Assembly: GCA_950097015.1 (NCBI GenBank)
Contig: CATNEN010000038.1
Coordinates: 19,654,001-19,718,000, forward strand
Length of the DNA: 64,000 bases
Direction: 5' to 3'
From: Macrostomum hystrix
Lineage: Eukaryota > Animalia > Platyhelminthes
Part shown: positions 1-14,200 of the stretch, one piece after another
How positions within the stretch are numbered: position 1 is the first letter of the stretch
Layout of the letters: each line of letters opens with the position of its first letter
The notes under the pieces: generated by a model
What the model was told of the DNA's origin: nothing
What the model saw: only the letters and a program-made list of their open reading frames with translations
Databases searched by the model: none
Position numbers and translations under genes: made by a program

Positions 1-1800
1 CGGCCGGCACCCAGGCTTTGATGGGGGCTGGGGCGGGCGTTCGACTATATAACTGACTATTGCGTTGTCGTTTTGTTTCTATGGCGTTGTTTTGCGTCGT
101 GTCTTTTCGTGTTGTGTCGTCGTGTCGTTTCGTTCCAATCGTTCTTTTCCGCGTTGTTACGCATCCTAGTAATAGATACCGGGACAGGTAAACCGGTCCA
201 ACTAGCTAGTCGAAGAAAACCCCACACTCAATCCCACGTCAGTAAGTAGTTTGCGCTGAGTTCGGCACGTCTGGCCAACTGCTGACGGAGTGTTAGACAG
301 GGATTGGCAAGCACGGAAGTACTCTCCATATCGCCGACAATCATCGGTTGGACGCCGTCGAATCGACATTTGGTGTGGCACGATAGAACTATCGTTGTGC
401 CATAGTGCGGAAGTGCTTGCTGGTCGCCTCGGTTTCAGACTAGGGACTTTGGGTTAGGTTTCGTGTTATTTGTCTTGTTTTGTAAATACATGTATAGGGA
501 TTATCTCTGTTTTGTCTCGGAGTTATTTGTGTTAATTGTCGTGTTATTTCGTGAGTTATTGTTATTGTCCAGAGCATTAGAGTAGAGTTCGCGTGTTGTT
601 CTTATGTTGAGATTATCGAGATTTTACTTTGGTAAAATACCAGTGCGAATTGTGAATTGAATATTGAATTAAGTACAGTACCTGGCAGGGAACGGAAAGA
701 GTGCTGCCAGGGGAATTAATCATTCATAGCTTCTCTTATAAACGAATTAACACTTAAATATCAGCTGTTTAGCTTGGACTTTTGAATCGTCTTGTCTTCG
801 TTATTTTCAAGTTACGGCAATAGAATCTCTTGCAAAAGAGTAGGACACCCGACCTCATTTAGGAATCTCAACGCAAAGAAGAGAGACCTAAGTCAAAATA
901 TCACACTTGTATGCATCCATATCTCAATTGCGTATCAGTTTTTTATATCCCTATGTAAGTAATTCAATTAACAGTTTAATTATTTCGGTAGCCGTTAATA
1001 TTTTAACAGACAACCGACGCCTGCAGGGCTGATGCGGCGTATAGCAGTTGAAGAGGCGATCATGTCCTTTATTGTAATATTTACCAATGTCAAAGGCGCA
1101 TGTGTAATAAAATGAATGTCCTAGCTGGAGCGTGAGGAATTTAAAGCTAGCGACTATTCACTATTCACCGGGGTGGTGTCCTACCAATCGTTTCAATAGC
1201 AGCAGGGAATCTGGAATTAAATAGCGTTAGAGACTGCGGTAGCGAGCGAAGCGGAATAGATAAGCGATGAGACCCGAGTGTCCCTCCGGCCCGGCGAAAC
1301 TCCCAATGAAAAAGAATAACACGGTATGAACGCGAAGACTCGAATAATTTGATTAGGAGTGAGTTAATCGGCTGTGACTAAGATTCCAGATACGAATAGG
1401 AATTACTATGAATATCGTTTACTTGACTTAAAAGTTATACTGACAGAATAGATGTTCACACGGAAATAAATTATAGCGCGCTCACAGTGAGAAGCAAGTC
1501 TGGTCTAACAATTTGGATATAACAATTTTACTTAACTGGCCTACATCCGCGCCCTACTCTTCCCGAGAGGCTCCGGTTGTCTCTGCTTTCAGCGCTGCCC
1601 CGACAGATCCTATCGGTTGGCACTCCTTCTGCCTGACGGCGGAGTCTCCGAAGAGAGCACGTACTGACTTCGACAACAAGCGCCTATCTAGAGTCTAGAC
1701 CACCCTTGTCAGCGGCGCACTCTCAAGACGCGTAGCGCCGAAAGCTACCTAACTGAACAAGCGGAGTGTGGTCGGGCGGGATGGACAAAACAAGTGTTAG

Positions 1801-1900
1801 TTTGCACGTGCTTCTCACAGTGTGAGGCGAATTGCGGAGAACGATAATTTGCACGTGCTTCTCACAGTGTGAGGCGAATTGCGAAGAAAAAGATAATTTG
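1801..1900. repeat. Tandem duplication of a ~47-bp unit
   Basis: TTTGCACGTGCTTCTCACAGTGTGAGGCGAATTGCG occurs twice. Confidence 0.85.
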
Positions 1901-2636
1901 GACTACAAAAAACACGCTTCGTTATATAGAGTCATTTTAACCCCAAATTAGGTCGATCGGCGAGGTGGATGCCTGGCTGTAGCTTGAGCCAAGGCGACAA
2001 ATCGCAGTAGACTTGCGACCGCCGTTCTGAGCCCCGGGGTCGCTTCTTGCCGAGGGTAGACAGGTAGTGAGGCCGGGTCGCTCGCTGATTGGCCGGGACC
2101 GTAGCCCAGGGGTAGCGCTCGCGGGTTGGTGGGCGTCCGTTCCCCCAGCTGGTCCGGCCCGGCTTGGCGTGGGGAACTCTTAGCAAAAACACGTCTAAAA
2201 ATAAGTACTGAATAATAACACGGGGAGATAGAAGGGCAAGCAAGCTGACACTACACATGTTGCGGGGGATAGTCAATAGGTTTGTTAAAATGACAATTGC
2301 AGTGAAAAAAATTGACTTTTAATGATTCTTCTCGCAATCTTTAAAATGTTTTTGTTCTCCACCGAAAGTGGAAAGAGACAAACGTATAAAAACGAAAACA
2401 TAAGAGCGACGACAGAAAAACTGGTAACACTAGAAGTTCTGTGAATTTATTACTCTGAATTGAAAAGATTTGCTTTAATTCTATAAGGCTATTTTATTAT
2501 TTTATTTACAACTTTGTTATTTCTTTTTAAAAACGTGTTTCGAAGGGCAACTGTCGACTTGCAAATTTAATTTCAAAACATCGCCATATTTTACAAAATT
2601 TCATATTGGCAACGATTTTGTTATATGGTTGCCTAA

Positions 2637-5600
2637 ATGAGTACCATAGCAGATTCATTTGGGGCATTCGACCCGTCCCCGATTAGATCTAGGGTCAAAA
2701 GTCAATCGGAAAAAGACAAGGTCTCTTGTTTAATAAAAAACGAGCACGTGGATCCATTTTCAGAAGATGATGCTGAGCTGCTTGCGTTGAACAGAAAACC
2801 TACGTGTTTCATAATCATCGGAAAACCTGGATCAGGAAAGACAACATTAGCTAGAAAAATTAGAGATGCATTCAACTGCGAGCTTGTGAATCCAACAGAG
2901 ATATTGAATGCAAAGATTCACACAGAGACTGAACTTGGCGAAGAGTTGCGGAAAAAGCTAGAAGGAGGAGATATTCTCAGCGACGAGTTTGTTTTCAACG
3001 TAAGAGAATAATACTAATTCAATATATTACAATTCAATATAATACTAATCCTTATTCAATATTGGATATACTGTTTCTTGAACTATTTTACATTTTTATG
3101 TCTGCTATCTTACACATTAAATAATGTAGTAAAAAGTCGTTTCTTTGGAAATTACATCTATCGTAGCGCACTTTACTTATTATTGATCAATATAATATAG
3201 CATGAAAATTGTTATTCACAATCAATTTTTTAGATTTGAAGTTTGTGTTTCAGTGAAATATGTGCAGTTGAACTATTATAAACCATATTTAGAAATAATT
3301 ATTTTCCCAACTAAATCATTGATTTCCAAGTTTCAAACATCAAGTATAATATTATTTTCTGTATGACTTTAAATTTCAGATTTTTTGCTGAATTAAAAAA
3401 CTTTAATTAAAAATTATCATAGAATATGTTTGCTCTGTGCTTTTGTGATGTAACCAATCCCAAACACCATAGAATATATGCATACTTTAAAAAATCAAGA
3501 CATAATCTATAAAATTGTCATCGCTTTGGTGACAATAATAATGATAGTAGTTCGGAAATTAAAGGAAGACATACATGTAAATAAAAATTAGATGAAGCCA
3601 CATTTAATTAATTAGATCGATTAGATCTGTTTTTTAGGATATTCGTGTGCCTAGGCCCTACCTCATAAACAACTAACAATTGCCTTGTTTCAAAAACATT
3701 TTCCTTAAACCATTTTTCAGGAATCGTGGTAGACTTTATTAAATGATAATGTCATATAAAGCTGGTAATTTTGAAATTAAAAGAATTTTTTCTGTTGCAC
3801 GAGGTTCAAAAAGGAAAGTTTTTTAACTCTCATTAAAATGTTGTCTAGCGCATGGAGTCATTCACGTTTTTCGAGTTTTTTATATCACTTACAGTCAATG
3901 TTTCGAACCGTGTTACCAAGTGGTAGGCAAGCTGTGTACTTGAACAAGAGTCATAATGCAACCATCAATTAGAGTAAAGATATTAGCTGGGTGTCGCGGC
4001 TTTCCCAGTGCATGGACTGAGCATCTGCGGCTGGGGCCGTTATCGGTGCATCTGGCCTTTGTCAATCACTCTTATTATATGACGTTTCGCCATTATCACG
4101 CTCGTTTATTTCATCTGTCTGAAAAAAGTAGAATTTTATTGTTGATCACATAAATCACAGTTTAACTTTTGGCAAGTGTCTTTCCACAAGCAAATCTTGA
4201 TGATGATACAAATTGATCCGTTTGCCAGTTGATGCTTGACAAGCTGAAATCGCCAGAGGTTCAGCATCATGGCTACGTGCTGGACGGCCTGCCGTGCCCC
4301 AACGATTCGTTCATGCCGATGCAGAAGCAGCTGGAGCTGCTGAAATCCTTGGCGCTGTCACCCGACTACATCCTGCACCTCAAGCTGCCAAGCGATGACC
4401 TGCAGTCGCGTCGAGTGACGGTCCGAATCGACTTCGAGGATGGCGCCCTCTACGGCAAAGAGTTCTACGACCCGGACAAGCCCGAGAAGCCGCCGAAGGA
4501 GGAGAAACCAGAGCCGGACGGCGACGGCGAAGAAGAGGAAGAAGACGACGAGGAGCTGGAAGAAGAGGAAGAGCTTGAACTGCCTGGAAGCGCTGATTTC
4601 CCCCTACTGGCTCCTGAGGTCATTCAACGCCTGCTTCGTCGACCGGAGGACATGCCGCAGTCTGTCACGGCCGGCATCGAGGACTACGCGAGCCGCAGTC
4701 AGCGCCTGCTGGAAGACCTGATGTCCGATCACGATCAGCAGTGCGTCATCGAATTGAACGCCAGCCTGACGCCGTCAGAAATTTTCGGTCAGGCCAAGCT
4801 GAAGCTCCACAGCCTCGGCGTGCAGCCGGCGGTGACGCCGATGCGTCTATTCGAAGCCGACAACGAGGAGGACCAGCCGCCTGAGGACATGGACACCGAG
4901 GAGCTCATGCGCATGCTGGCGCCCAAAAAGATGCCCGCGCCGCGGTTAGTGAGGCTTGGCTTTGGGTTCTTTATGACTCAACATGTGTGCCATTGCCCAC
5001 AGCCCTTCTGCATTGATTATTGTTACACTTCTTGTATGACTGAATAAGATAATTTCAACGCCACCCCACAGGTATCGCTGGCAGAGAAGCAAGTGGCTCC
5101 GCTACTGCCCAGTGGCTCTATACGAGGGCGCTCTACTGCCGGGCAAGCCGGAGTTTTCCTGCAGCTTTCTCAACAAAGTCTACTGCCTGTCATCGCTGGA
5201 GGCGCTCGCCAGGTTCACTCGCAATCCCCGGCCGTACCTGCTGCCGCCGCAGCCCCGGCCGCCAGTCAAGGTTGTCGTCTCAGGACCACCCCACTCCGGC
5301 AAGACGTCGACAGCCTACCTGCTAGCCGAGAAGTACAACGCCAAGGTCATCGATTTCGAGGCGCTGGTGCAGCCGCGGCGCGAAGCGGCCGACGAGGCCC
5401 GGCTGGTCAAGGTGCGCTCGGAGACCACCACGCTGGCCATCGAGATTGTCCGCGCCAAGCTGCAAGAGGCAGCTGCGACCGCAAGGCAGGCCGCAGCCAG
5501 GGCGCGCCAGGACGCCGAGGAGGCGCGATTAGCCGCCGAGGCTGCCAAAGCCGGCGAGGCCGAGGGCGACGGCGAAGAGGAAGCCGAAGCCGAAGGCGAC

Positions 5601-8600
5601 GGCGAGGAACAGGGCGAGAAGAGGGCAGAGGAAGAAACCGTTGAACCCGATGGAACGGCCTCCGCAGCCGCCGCAGCCGATGGCGCAGCGACAACCGTCG
5701 ACGGAGACACAGAAGACGACGCGGAGCCGCTTCCGGATGTCGACGCGCAGCACCCGGATGTTGTGGCCATTGTGGAGGCCAAGCTGAAGGAGGCGAAGGA
5801 GTCGAAGATCACGCTGGAGACCGATGTCTACGTTGAAGTACTCGAAGATGCTATTCGGCAGGTAAGAAAACGAGCCTCTTTTTCTTCTAACATTCTATAT
5901 TAGAGCTGGCTAGCTACTCATAAGTAGTGCAGTCGCTTATTAAACTCATAAAAAACAATAAGATGAAATTCAGAAAAATTAGTTGCAATTGTTTTCAAGC
6001 GTCGCATTTTGTAAAAACAAAATCAAGGAAGTTTTCCTAGAAAATAATGAAGCGCTTTGCTAGACAAAAAGGACTTCGAGAGGTTAGATACCAAAAAAAT
6101 TACATTTGCTGTATTTCAGAGCCAAAAGTTATGAGGAGAGAAAATATAGATATTACTGCACAGCTTGAAAAAGTACGTTCTAGGGAAAAACAGAAACATT
6201 TGAAAATATTTTTTAGTAAGCTTTCGTTACAAGTCAATCACTCTCTGGCAGTTTTTGCTTTTACTGTCATGACTTTCTAATTTCTTTCCGGACTTATATG
6301 AAAAACAGTAGGACTTTTTAATTTTTCTAATGAGTTGTGTCCACTCAAAGTTATGCACTCGTAGAGTCTTCTCAACGTCAAGACACTCAGATAATCTCAT
6401 TTTCCTGTATTGAGTGTCTTTTTTGATAGGCTTGCCTTAAAAATTAGGCAGTGTTCACTCTCGCTGTGCCTTTAAGACTGGTCCTCTAACTCGTAACAAA
6501 AAGAGAAGATAAATGTGTAATCCGAATTGAAATACGCAGGTTGAGCGCGAGCAACGAGAAGCTGCAGCCTCCGCCTCATCGTCAGCCGTCACGGGAGCGG
6601 CCGACGGTCCCCTGGCTGGTGGCTGGGTGATTGACAATTTCCCACTAAGCCGGGACGTGTGGAACGCTGTTCTGGAAAAGGGCCAGGAGAAGAATATTCT
6701 TCCAGACGAGCTGGTGATTCTGCGCGACTCGAGCGACGGCGGCGAGTACCTGCTGCGCCGCTGGTACCAGCGGAATCGGGCGACGGTGCGCGCGAGCGTC
6801 CAGGAGCGACTCGATCGCGAAGCCGAAGACAAAAGACGTCGCGAGGAGGAGGCGCTGCGCAAGCTGGAGGAGGAGCGAGCAGAACAGGAGCGACTGGCCA
6901 AGGAGGCCGAACGGCTAGCCAAGGAGGCCAGCGAAGGCGAGGAAGGCGAGGGCGTGAAGGGCGAGGGCGAGGAAGAAGGCGACGAAGAGGAAGGCGAGGA
7001 GGAGGGCGAAGAAGAGGAGAAGCCGGCCCGACCTGTGCGCCAGCCGGAAGTGAAATTTCAGGTGCCGCCGGCGTCGGATGGCGGCTCCGGCGATGAACGT
7101 GACGGCGACGAAGCTGGCGGCGGTGGCGCTGATGGCGACGGCGAGGCGTCAAAAGATCCGCTGGATGAGCCGCTGCCACCGCCCGGGCCGGAGATTGACG
7201 CCGCTCGGGCCAAGCGGAAGGAGTTTGAGGCCGAGTTCGCCGGCATCGTGACGGCAGTGCAGAGCAACACTGGCATCGATCCGACGGAGGTGGTCATCAA
7301 CGATCGCACAGAGGAGGACATTGTCAACGAGATTGTCGCCGCCATCGAGAAGCCATTCCGCTACCAGGCCTGGGAGCTGACTGGCCAGGACATCGAAGAG
7401 GAGGAAGAGGACAGCGAGGCGGCCAAGGCTGAGGAGCAGAAGCCGGAGGAGGAGGAGGAGGGCGCCGCCGAGGAGGAGGAGGACCCGAACCGCGGCAAGA
7501 GCAAGCAGCTAGGCGAGTCCAGCTTCTTCTGCCCAGTCAGCCTGCACGATAATCAGGTGCGTCAGAGAGCTAAAGTACATCCAGGATGTGATTTCACTAA
7601 GGTCTAATTAGCGACTGCCAGTTCAATGCGCAACCTATGCTTAACACCGGGCGCGCTACTCTTTTAATTATCTAAAGCCAAGCTGTCTAGATTAGATTAC
7701 TTATTCTAGGGATTAGCCTAGTTTCGCTTTGGCCTATATGGGCAAAACTCGCAGAAGACACACCTTAGACTTGCAGAACTCAACTGTAGATCTTAAGGTA
7801 CAAAAGTTAATAAGCACTATGTTAGCACTTTTGTGGGCTCAACTTTGCTAGGCCTAATTACATGAGCCAGCTTAGGGCCCATTTCCATTCCTGCGCACTC
7901 CAGGTGATGTGGCCAGGCAACCCGGAGATCGCTGCCAAATACCGCGGCAAGCTCTATTATTTCGCTTCAAACGAAGCTCGCGACAAATTCCTGGAGCAGC
8001 CGGAGAGTTACCTCCCAACTGACACGCCGTTGAAGCCGCCGCCGCTGCGCCTGCTGATTCTCGGACCGAAGGGCTCCGGCAAGACTCTACACGGCAAACA
8101 GTTGGCTCGCAGACTGGGCCTATTTCACATCTCCTTCAGGGACCGCCTGCAGGAAGTTGTTCTGCCGAAGACGCGCAAGAAGATCGGTCCGGATCACGAA
8201 GAGCAGCTCGAGGATCTGCCGGAGGAACTGCCAGATCTACCGGAGACGTCCGTGACTGGACCTGATGGCGAACCAGTGGAGGTCGAGGAGCCGTCAGAGA
8301 AGCCAAGCGACGATGCTGAGGACGAAGAAGAAGAGGTGTCGTACACCGACCTCGAGGAGAACGTCAAAAACAACATCGAAAAGCAGGATCCGCTGACTAC
8401 CGAGTCGCTAGAGACGCTACTAACAAGATTCTGGCGCAGCGAGCCCTTCAAGAACACCGGCTTCGTGCTCGAAGGCTTCCCCAGAACCCCGGAGGAGGCT
8501 CAGTTCCTGTCCGAGGCCGGACTCTTCGTTGACGGGGCGATCATTTTGAATACCGGCGATCAGGAGATCATCGCCCGCATGCTGCCACCGAAGCTGCAGA

Positions 8601-11339
8601 AGTGGCGCGATCGTCGCAAACAGAAGAATGAAATCAAGCTGCGCAACAAGGATAAGGCTCAGAAGAAGCGCCAGGAGGCCATGGAGAAGCGGCGCAAAGA
8701 GCTACTGAAGGAGAACGAAGAGGCCCGCAAGGAGCGGCAGGAGCAGCGCAGAGCGGAGCGGCAGCAGCGAATCGAGGACGGCGAAATCGAGGAAGGCGAG
8801 GAAGAGGAAGAGGAAGAAGAGGAGGAGGAGGAAGCGAACGACATCGACGCGATTTTGGCTGAGGAGTTCGAAGAGGAAGAAGAGATGGAGGACGAGGATG
8901 AAGAGCCCGAGGAGGACGCCATCGATCGGTTGAAGAATGACATCAACGACATCTATGACAACGACTTGAACTCGCTGGATGCTGTTAAAGACGTTCTAGA
9001 AGAGATGCTGGTTCCTCGTTTCGTGGTAGAGTCGGGCAAGAAGCCGCACATTGTGCGCCACTACATCACCAAAAGTCTGCGATATCTCATCGAGAACCGC
9101 CGCAGCATCTTCGAGCGCGTCTATCCGGTGTCGGAGAAGACTGCCGCCCGCCTGTTGGCCACCGGCTACAAGCATCTCAGCAGCTTCGGTCGCTGGTGCC
9201 CTGTGGCTCTGCACGATGGCGACTGCATCCTGCCGCTGTCAGACGACGCCCATCCGACCTTCCCAGCCGTGTACCAGAGCTTCGTGTACTTCATGTCCAG
9301 CGCGGCAAGACGCGATGCTTTTGGAACAGATCCGCGCAAGTACCTAGACAGCAACATCAAGCATCCGCGCGTTGTAGTCCCGATTCGCGTGGCTATCCTG
9401 GGCCCGCCAAAGTCCGGCAAGACCGCCCTGGCCAACCGTTTCGCTAAGGACCTCGGACTGATCCGCCTAAGCGCGGGAGATGCACTTCGGCGCATTCTGC
9501 AGGAACAGCGAAAGACAGCCCTTGCCAAAGAGATCAACAAGCACCTGCTGGCGGGAGGCACAGCCCCCGATGAGCTCGTGGTTCGCGCCGTTGAGACGAT
9601 GCTCATGGACACGCGCACCTCGGTTCGAGGCTACGTGCTCGACGGTTTTCCTAGCAGCATTCGGCAAGTGAAGCTGCTCACTCAGCACGGCATTGTGCCG
9701 CACAAAGTCTTCCTGCTGACCGTAGATTCGCAGGAGCTAATGATCCGCGGTACCAACGACCGTCTGCGCGCGGACAAGCCCTACGTGATGCACGACTCAC
9801 CCCAGGTCCTGGCTGTCAAACTGGCCAGCTACCGCAAAGAGGGCGACCCAGTAGCCAGCTGGTATCGGGACCAGCACCGCAGCCTCTGCCAGCTGGACGC
9901 CAGCCAGTCCAAGTGGCTCCTGTGGGAGACGGCCCTCGCCGAGGCTAAGAAGCAGACCGCTCACATTCAGCAGTACGTGTATCGTGTCCGTCGAGATATG
10001 GCCGCTTCGATTGCTGACATGTGCATCACCGACCGAGAGTTCCTGGCCAGACTGGGAGAGTATCGCCAGTATTGTCCAGTGAGACTGCAAGCTCACGGCG
10101 AGCTTGTCGACTGCTCGGAGACTCCGGGCCTAGAGAATGCGGCCGAATTCCGAGGTCGCTACTACAAGTGCGCCAGTCCTCGCGAGCTCGCCAGATTCCT
10201 GGAGGGCGCGGCTAAGTTTGTGCCGCCGCTGGCAGAGCGGCTCCTGCCTACTGACAACCTGCTGCCGAAGAAGGTTGCGCAGTCGGCGATGAAGGCCAAG
10301 TTCCCCATGCAGTTGAACCTGCAGGGCTACTGTCCGGTCACCTTCCAGTGCGGCAAGCTGCGCTACGAGGCCCTGGTACCCGGAGACAAGGACCTGCTGG
10401 TGGAGTACCGTGACAGGCTCTACTGTTTCGCTGACGAGGCGGCTAGAGATTGCTTCCTGCGCAAGTTAGTTGCCGGGGCTGCAGTCCGTCAGTAGACAAC
10501 TAGAAAATGAATAACCTAGCACTTGTGGGATCTGTGGAAAAAACTCAAATTTTGCAATGGCCTTATAATAGTATTTATAATAATGTAATGACACTGGACC
10601 CCCAGTCAGCGAGAAGGCAATCCTGGCAGTCCCGCTGGCTCCTAAGCGCACACTCAAACAAGTGTGTACATCTGTCCTGACTTTCTCATCGTCAGGCGGT
10701 GTACACTTCACTGTGCTTTGGAGGTTGGACCTCAAGCCTTCTCTACGCGACCACACCACAAATGAATCTGGCCTCGCTCTGGTACCCCACTGACACTGGC
10801 CTCATCTTTGAGTAGTAGCAAAGTTATTGAACCAGTTAAGTTGCTATCTCTCTCAGTCTTTAGATGCCTCTCCATCAACACAATGAACAAGCACCGCTTT
10901 GCCATCCAGGCCCGAGCTTTACTGGGATCTGCAGCTGCCGGCGAAGCTGCCGCCGTTGAAGAATCCTGCCGACGTGACGAAACTACCGATTCCCGGCTAC
11001 CTGGAGCAGACGCTGGCTGATGCGCTGCGCAACGCCCTGACCGCGGCGGCGAACTTCAAGCCCAAGTATCCGTTCCTGAATCCGCAACGCTCGGCGGCCA
11101 TCTATGTGGCCCTACACCTGAAGGCGTTCAACCCGGCCAGTCTGGAGCACACCAAGCAGAAGTATCGACGCAAACTGGAGGCCTTCGAGGCCCAGTGTCG
11201 GATCATTCAGTTCCTAGGCGACAGCATGACGCTAAAGTACAAGGAGCCGGCTAAGAGACCGCCAAAGTTGGACGCCAATTTGGAAGCCTTTCAAAAGCTC
11301 AGACGCCAGATCGATGAGCCGGCGCTGTGGACTAGTTGA
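2637..11339 (+). CDS. AK9: Adenylate kinase 9-like axonemal multi-domain kinase, ~1958 aa; exons 2637-2999, 4229-4944, 5072-5861, 6540-7556, 7904-10464, 10910-11339
   Basis: Six exons join in phase across GT-AG introns (5877 nt). Four Walker A motifs (GKPGSGKT, GPPHSGKT, GPKGSGKT, GPPKSGKT), GYVLDG(L/F)P and GFVLEGFP motifs, five [YFW]CPV YHS-like repeats, acidic linkers and a C-terminal GYLEQ...KPKYPFL...LKAFNP block recognisable as AK9. Confidence 0.93.
10585..10790 (-). mobile_element. SINE family A, degraded copy (AK9 intron 5)
   Basis: Contains the family core CTGACTTTCTCATCGTCAGGC-GTGTACACT-CACTGTG and flanking blocks. Confidence 0.7.
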
Positions 11340-11569
11340 ATCTACTCACTCCCTGACTGTCTCGGCTTACCTGCCCACCAGCCACGAGGTGGACTTTCGT
11401 AATCTGTTTTGTTTAACTATAAATAATATTATATTATATTACAAGAAGAGAATTTAAAATTATGCTTTCTGATAGGATGTTTGTTGCTTTACTTCAGGTG
11501 TCGGTAAACTAATATATCTCATGGAGCAAAGAGAGAGTCTAAACCAACCGCGATTGTATTTTAGGAGGT

Positions 11570-12120
11570 AAGACACGGGAAAGATAAGACACGGGAGAGA
11601 TAAGACACGGGAGAGATAATGCACGGGATGATGAGACAGTGGAGAGATGAAACACGGGAAAGATAAGACACGGGAGAGATGAAACACGGGAAAGATAAGA
11701 CACGGGAGAGATAAGACACGGGAGAGATGAGCCACGGGAGCGATAAGACACGGGAGAGATGAGCCACGGGAGCGATAAGACACGGGAGAGATGAGCCACG
11801 GGAGCGATAAGACACGGGAGAGATAAGACACGGGAGAGATAAGACACGGGAGAGATAAGACACGGGAGAGATAAAAGACGGGAGAGATAAGACACGGGAG
11901 AGATAATGCACGGGATGATGAGACAGTGGAGAGATGAAACACGGGAAAGATAAGACACGGGAGAGATAAGACACGGGAGAGATGAGCCACGGGAGCGATA
12001 AGACACGGGAGAGATAAGACACGGGAGAGATAAGACACGGGAGAGATGAAAGACGGGAGAGATAAGACACGGGAGAGATAATGCACGGGATGATGAGACA
12101 GTGGAGAGATGAGGCACGGC
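11570..12120. repeat. 16-bp minisatellite (GACACGGGAGAGATAA)
   Basis: Direct inspection; the same unit occurs at 18785-19360 and 27610-28735. Confidence 0.95.
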
Positions 12121-13069
12121 TGTTAATACACGGTAGAGAAGGTCGCCCGATTGAGTACGACAAGATGATTAGGAATCGTTTGTTAACTTTGTCAAAGTTT
12201 CAAAACAGGAAACGGCATACATTTAAAAATTAACTTAATTATTCAGTAGTTTGACTAGAGTAATACTGTTGTAATGTTCATTTTTTGTATACTAAATTTA
12301 TGTTTGTTTTTGACAAGCATGAAAATCCTAATGCTATTTTTGATATATTTATCTTTAATTCAATTACGATATGACCATGTAGCTTGTACCCGCACAATTG
12401 TTGTATGAGATTATGTATGAGATTTAGTTTTTTTTTCTTGGAAACGAAAAATTCTTTTCCGCTGACTTTGAAAGCTTCTGGAATTTTATAAATGGCCGAA
12501 AATATAAAAAAGGTAGCGCTGCAGATATTAAAAACCCAACATTTTGATAGATGTTTGCGCATTGTCTCAAGTGAATCAAAGTGTGCAACGAGCCCCGTGA
12601 ATCAGTGCACGACAGTTGGGAGTCAAATTTATCTCCTTTGAGATCTGATCTTACGTTTCTCATAGCATTTGCAGGTAACTACGAGTAGAAAAAAAACTAT
12701 ATAATTGGCTTCCTATCTAAGCGATGAGACTGAGCTAGGTCGTTACTAACCTCAAAGGTAGGAAGATAGGAACTGGAAAGGTTGAAGCCAAGTGCGGAAT
12801 CAGAACCGGTTATTTCAGGATGAGGCGTGCTTTGACTGTCGCACCGCTTGCCTCGAAATGAGTTTCAAATAGAGTGAACTTCACCAATTCACCAAGAGAT
12901 TCACAATTTTAACTAACTGTTAGTTCCTCAAACAAAGTAAGACTGCGATTCTCTAAAATGTTTTATTTGGATAATGGTCTCAATTATCCAAAATCTAGTA
13001 ATGTATACTTTTAGTTGGCAAATGTACTTTTCCGCTTTAAAATTTTTAATGCGCTTGCCTTATCATTCT

Positions 13070-13348
13070 AACGAGTGTCTAACGCGTTAGCCTGTCGCGC
13101 CAAGGTCCCTGAGCTCGATTCCGCGGCGAGGGTCACATTGATTTAGGGTGCAGCCGCGGAGAGAAGGCTTGGGCCCTTGATGTGCAATTTACACCCTTGA
13201 GGCACAGTGAAAGTGTACACTGCCTGACGATGAGATAATCGGAATGATGTACACACCTGTGTGAGCGTGTGCCTCCTCGCTTGCTGCTGGTCTAGTGTCA
13301 ACAAATGATGTGCCATTGCCCGCAGCCCTCCTGCAATTATTATCAATA
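13070..13348 (+). mobile_element. SINE family A copy (internal deletion)
   Basis: B-box-like GAGCTCGATTCC, core CTGCCTGACGATGAGA, 3' CCCGCAGCCCTCCTGCA plus (ATT)n tail. Confidence 0.8.
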
Positions 13349-13878
13349 ATATCGTATACATGTGATACAAATCGCACTGGTGTCCTATTATGTGATTCTT
13401 TGACATTGGCCGTGACTCGAGCAAGTCAGAGATAGTGCACGGGCATACTCGTTAGTATAAGTGATTATCGTGCTAGGACAGACAATAGTGCAACGGATTC
13501 TCTGCCGGACTCGGGCTAAAAATGGAAACGAACGGGGAAAGTGAATAGAGTCACGCACGCACGCACTTAACACAGAATATAAAGCGAAGGATTAAATGCA
13601 CACTTTTGGCTGAGAAAATGACCATTTTTCCAATTATTCACGCAAGTAACTGAATCTGATGATTTGCTCTATTAAAACACGTTTTGCGAATGTTGAATCT
13701 GAAACCAAATTGCATTTTTAAAAGGATTCGGCATGAGACTGCTCATGTTCTGGCAAAGAATCTGAGCACGATTTTCCTGACGATCACTTATCATCCTCAC
13801 ACGATTCTGGAAAAGTTTCCTACTAGGTTTTGCTGGGAAGTCTGTTTGAGGTGAGGTGAGAGTTGAGAAACCTCGGTC

Positions 13879-14200
13879 CGATTCCAATAGGAACCCTGGT
13901 ACGATTCCAATAGGAATCCTGGTACGATTCCAATAGGAATCCTGGTACGATTCCAATAGGAATCCTGGTAAGATTCCAATAGGAATCCTGGTACGATTCC
14001 GGTAAGAACTGTACGATTCCAATAGAAAGCCTGTACGATTCCAATAAAAATCCTGCTACGATTCCTATAGAAAAGCTGGAACGATTTCAAAAAAATCCTG
14101 CTACGATTCCTATAGAAAATGCTGGAACGATTTCAATAGGAATTATGGTAAGATTGCCTTAAAAAACCTGGTACGATTCCCATAGAAAACCTCGTGCGAT
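13879..14200. repeat. 23-bp minisatellite with internal hairpin (CGATTCCAATAGGAATCCTGGTA)
   Basis: Direct inspection; decays rightwards. Confidence 0.9.

Noticed and set aside
5315-10096. Antisense and alternative-frame ORFs over AK9
   Set aside because: Shadows of GC-rich coding sequence.
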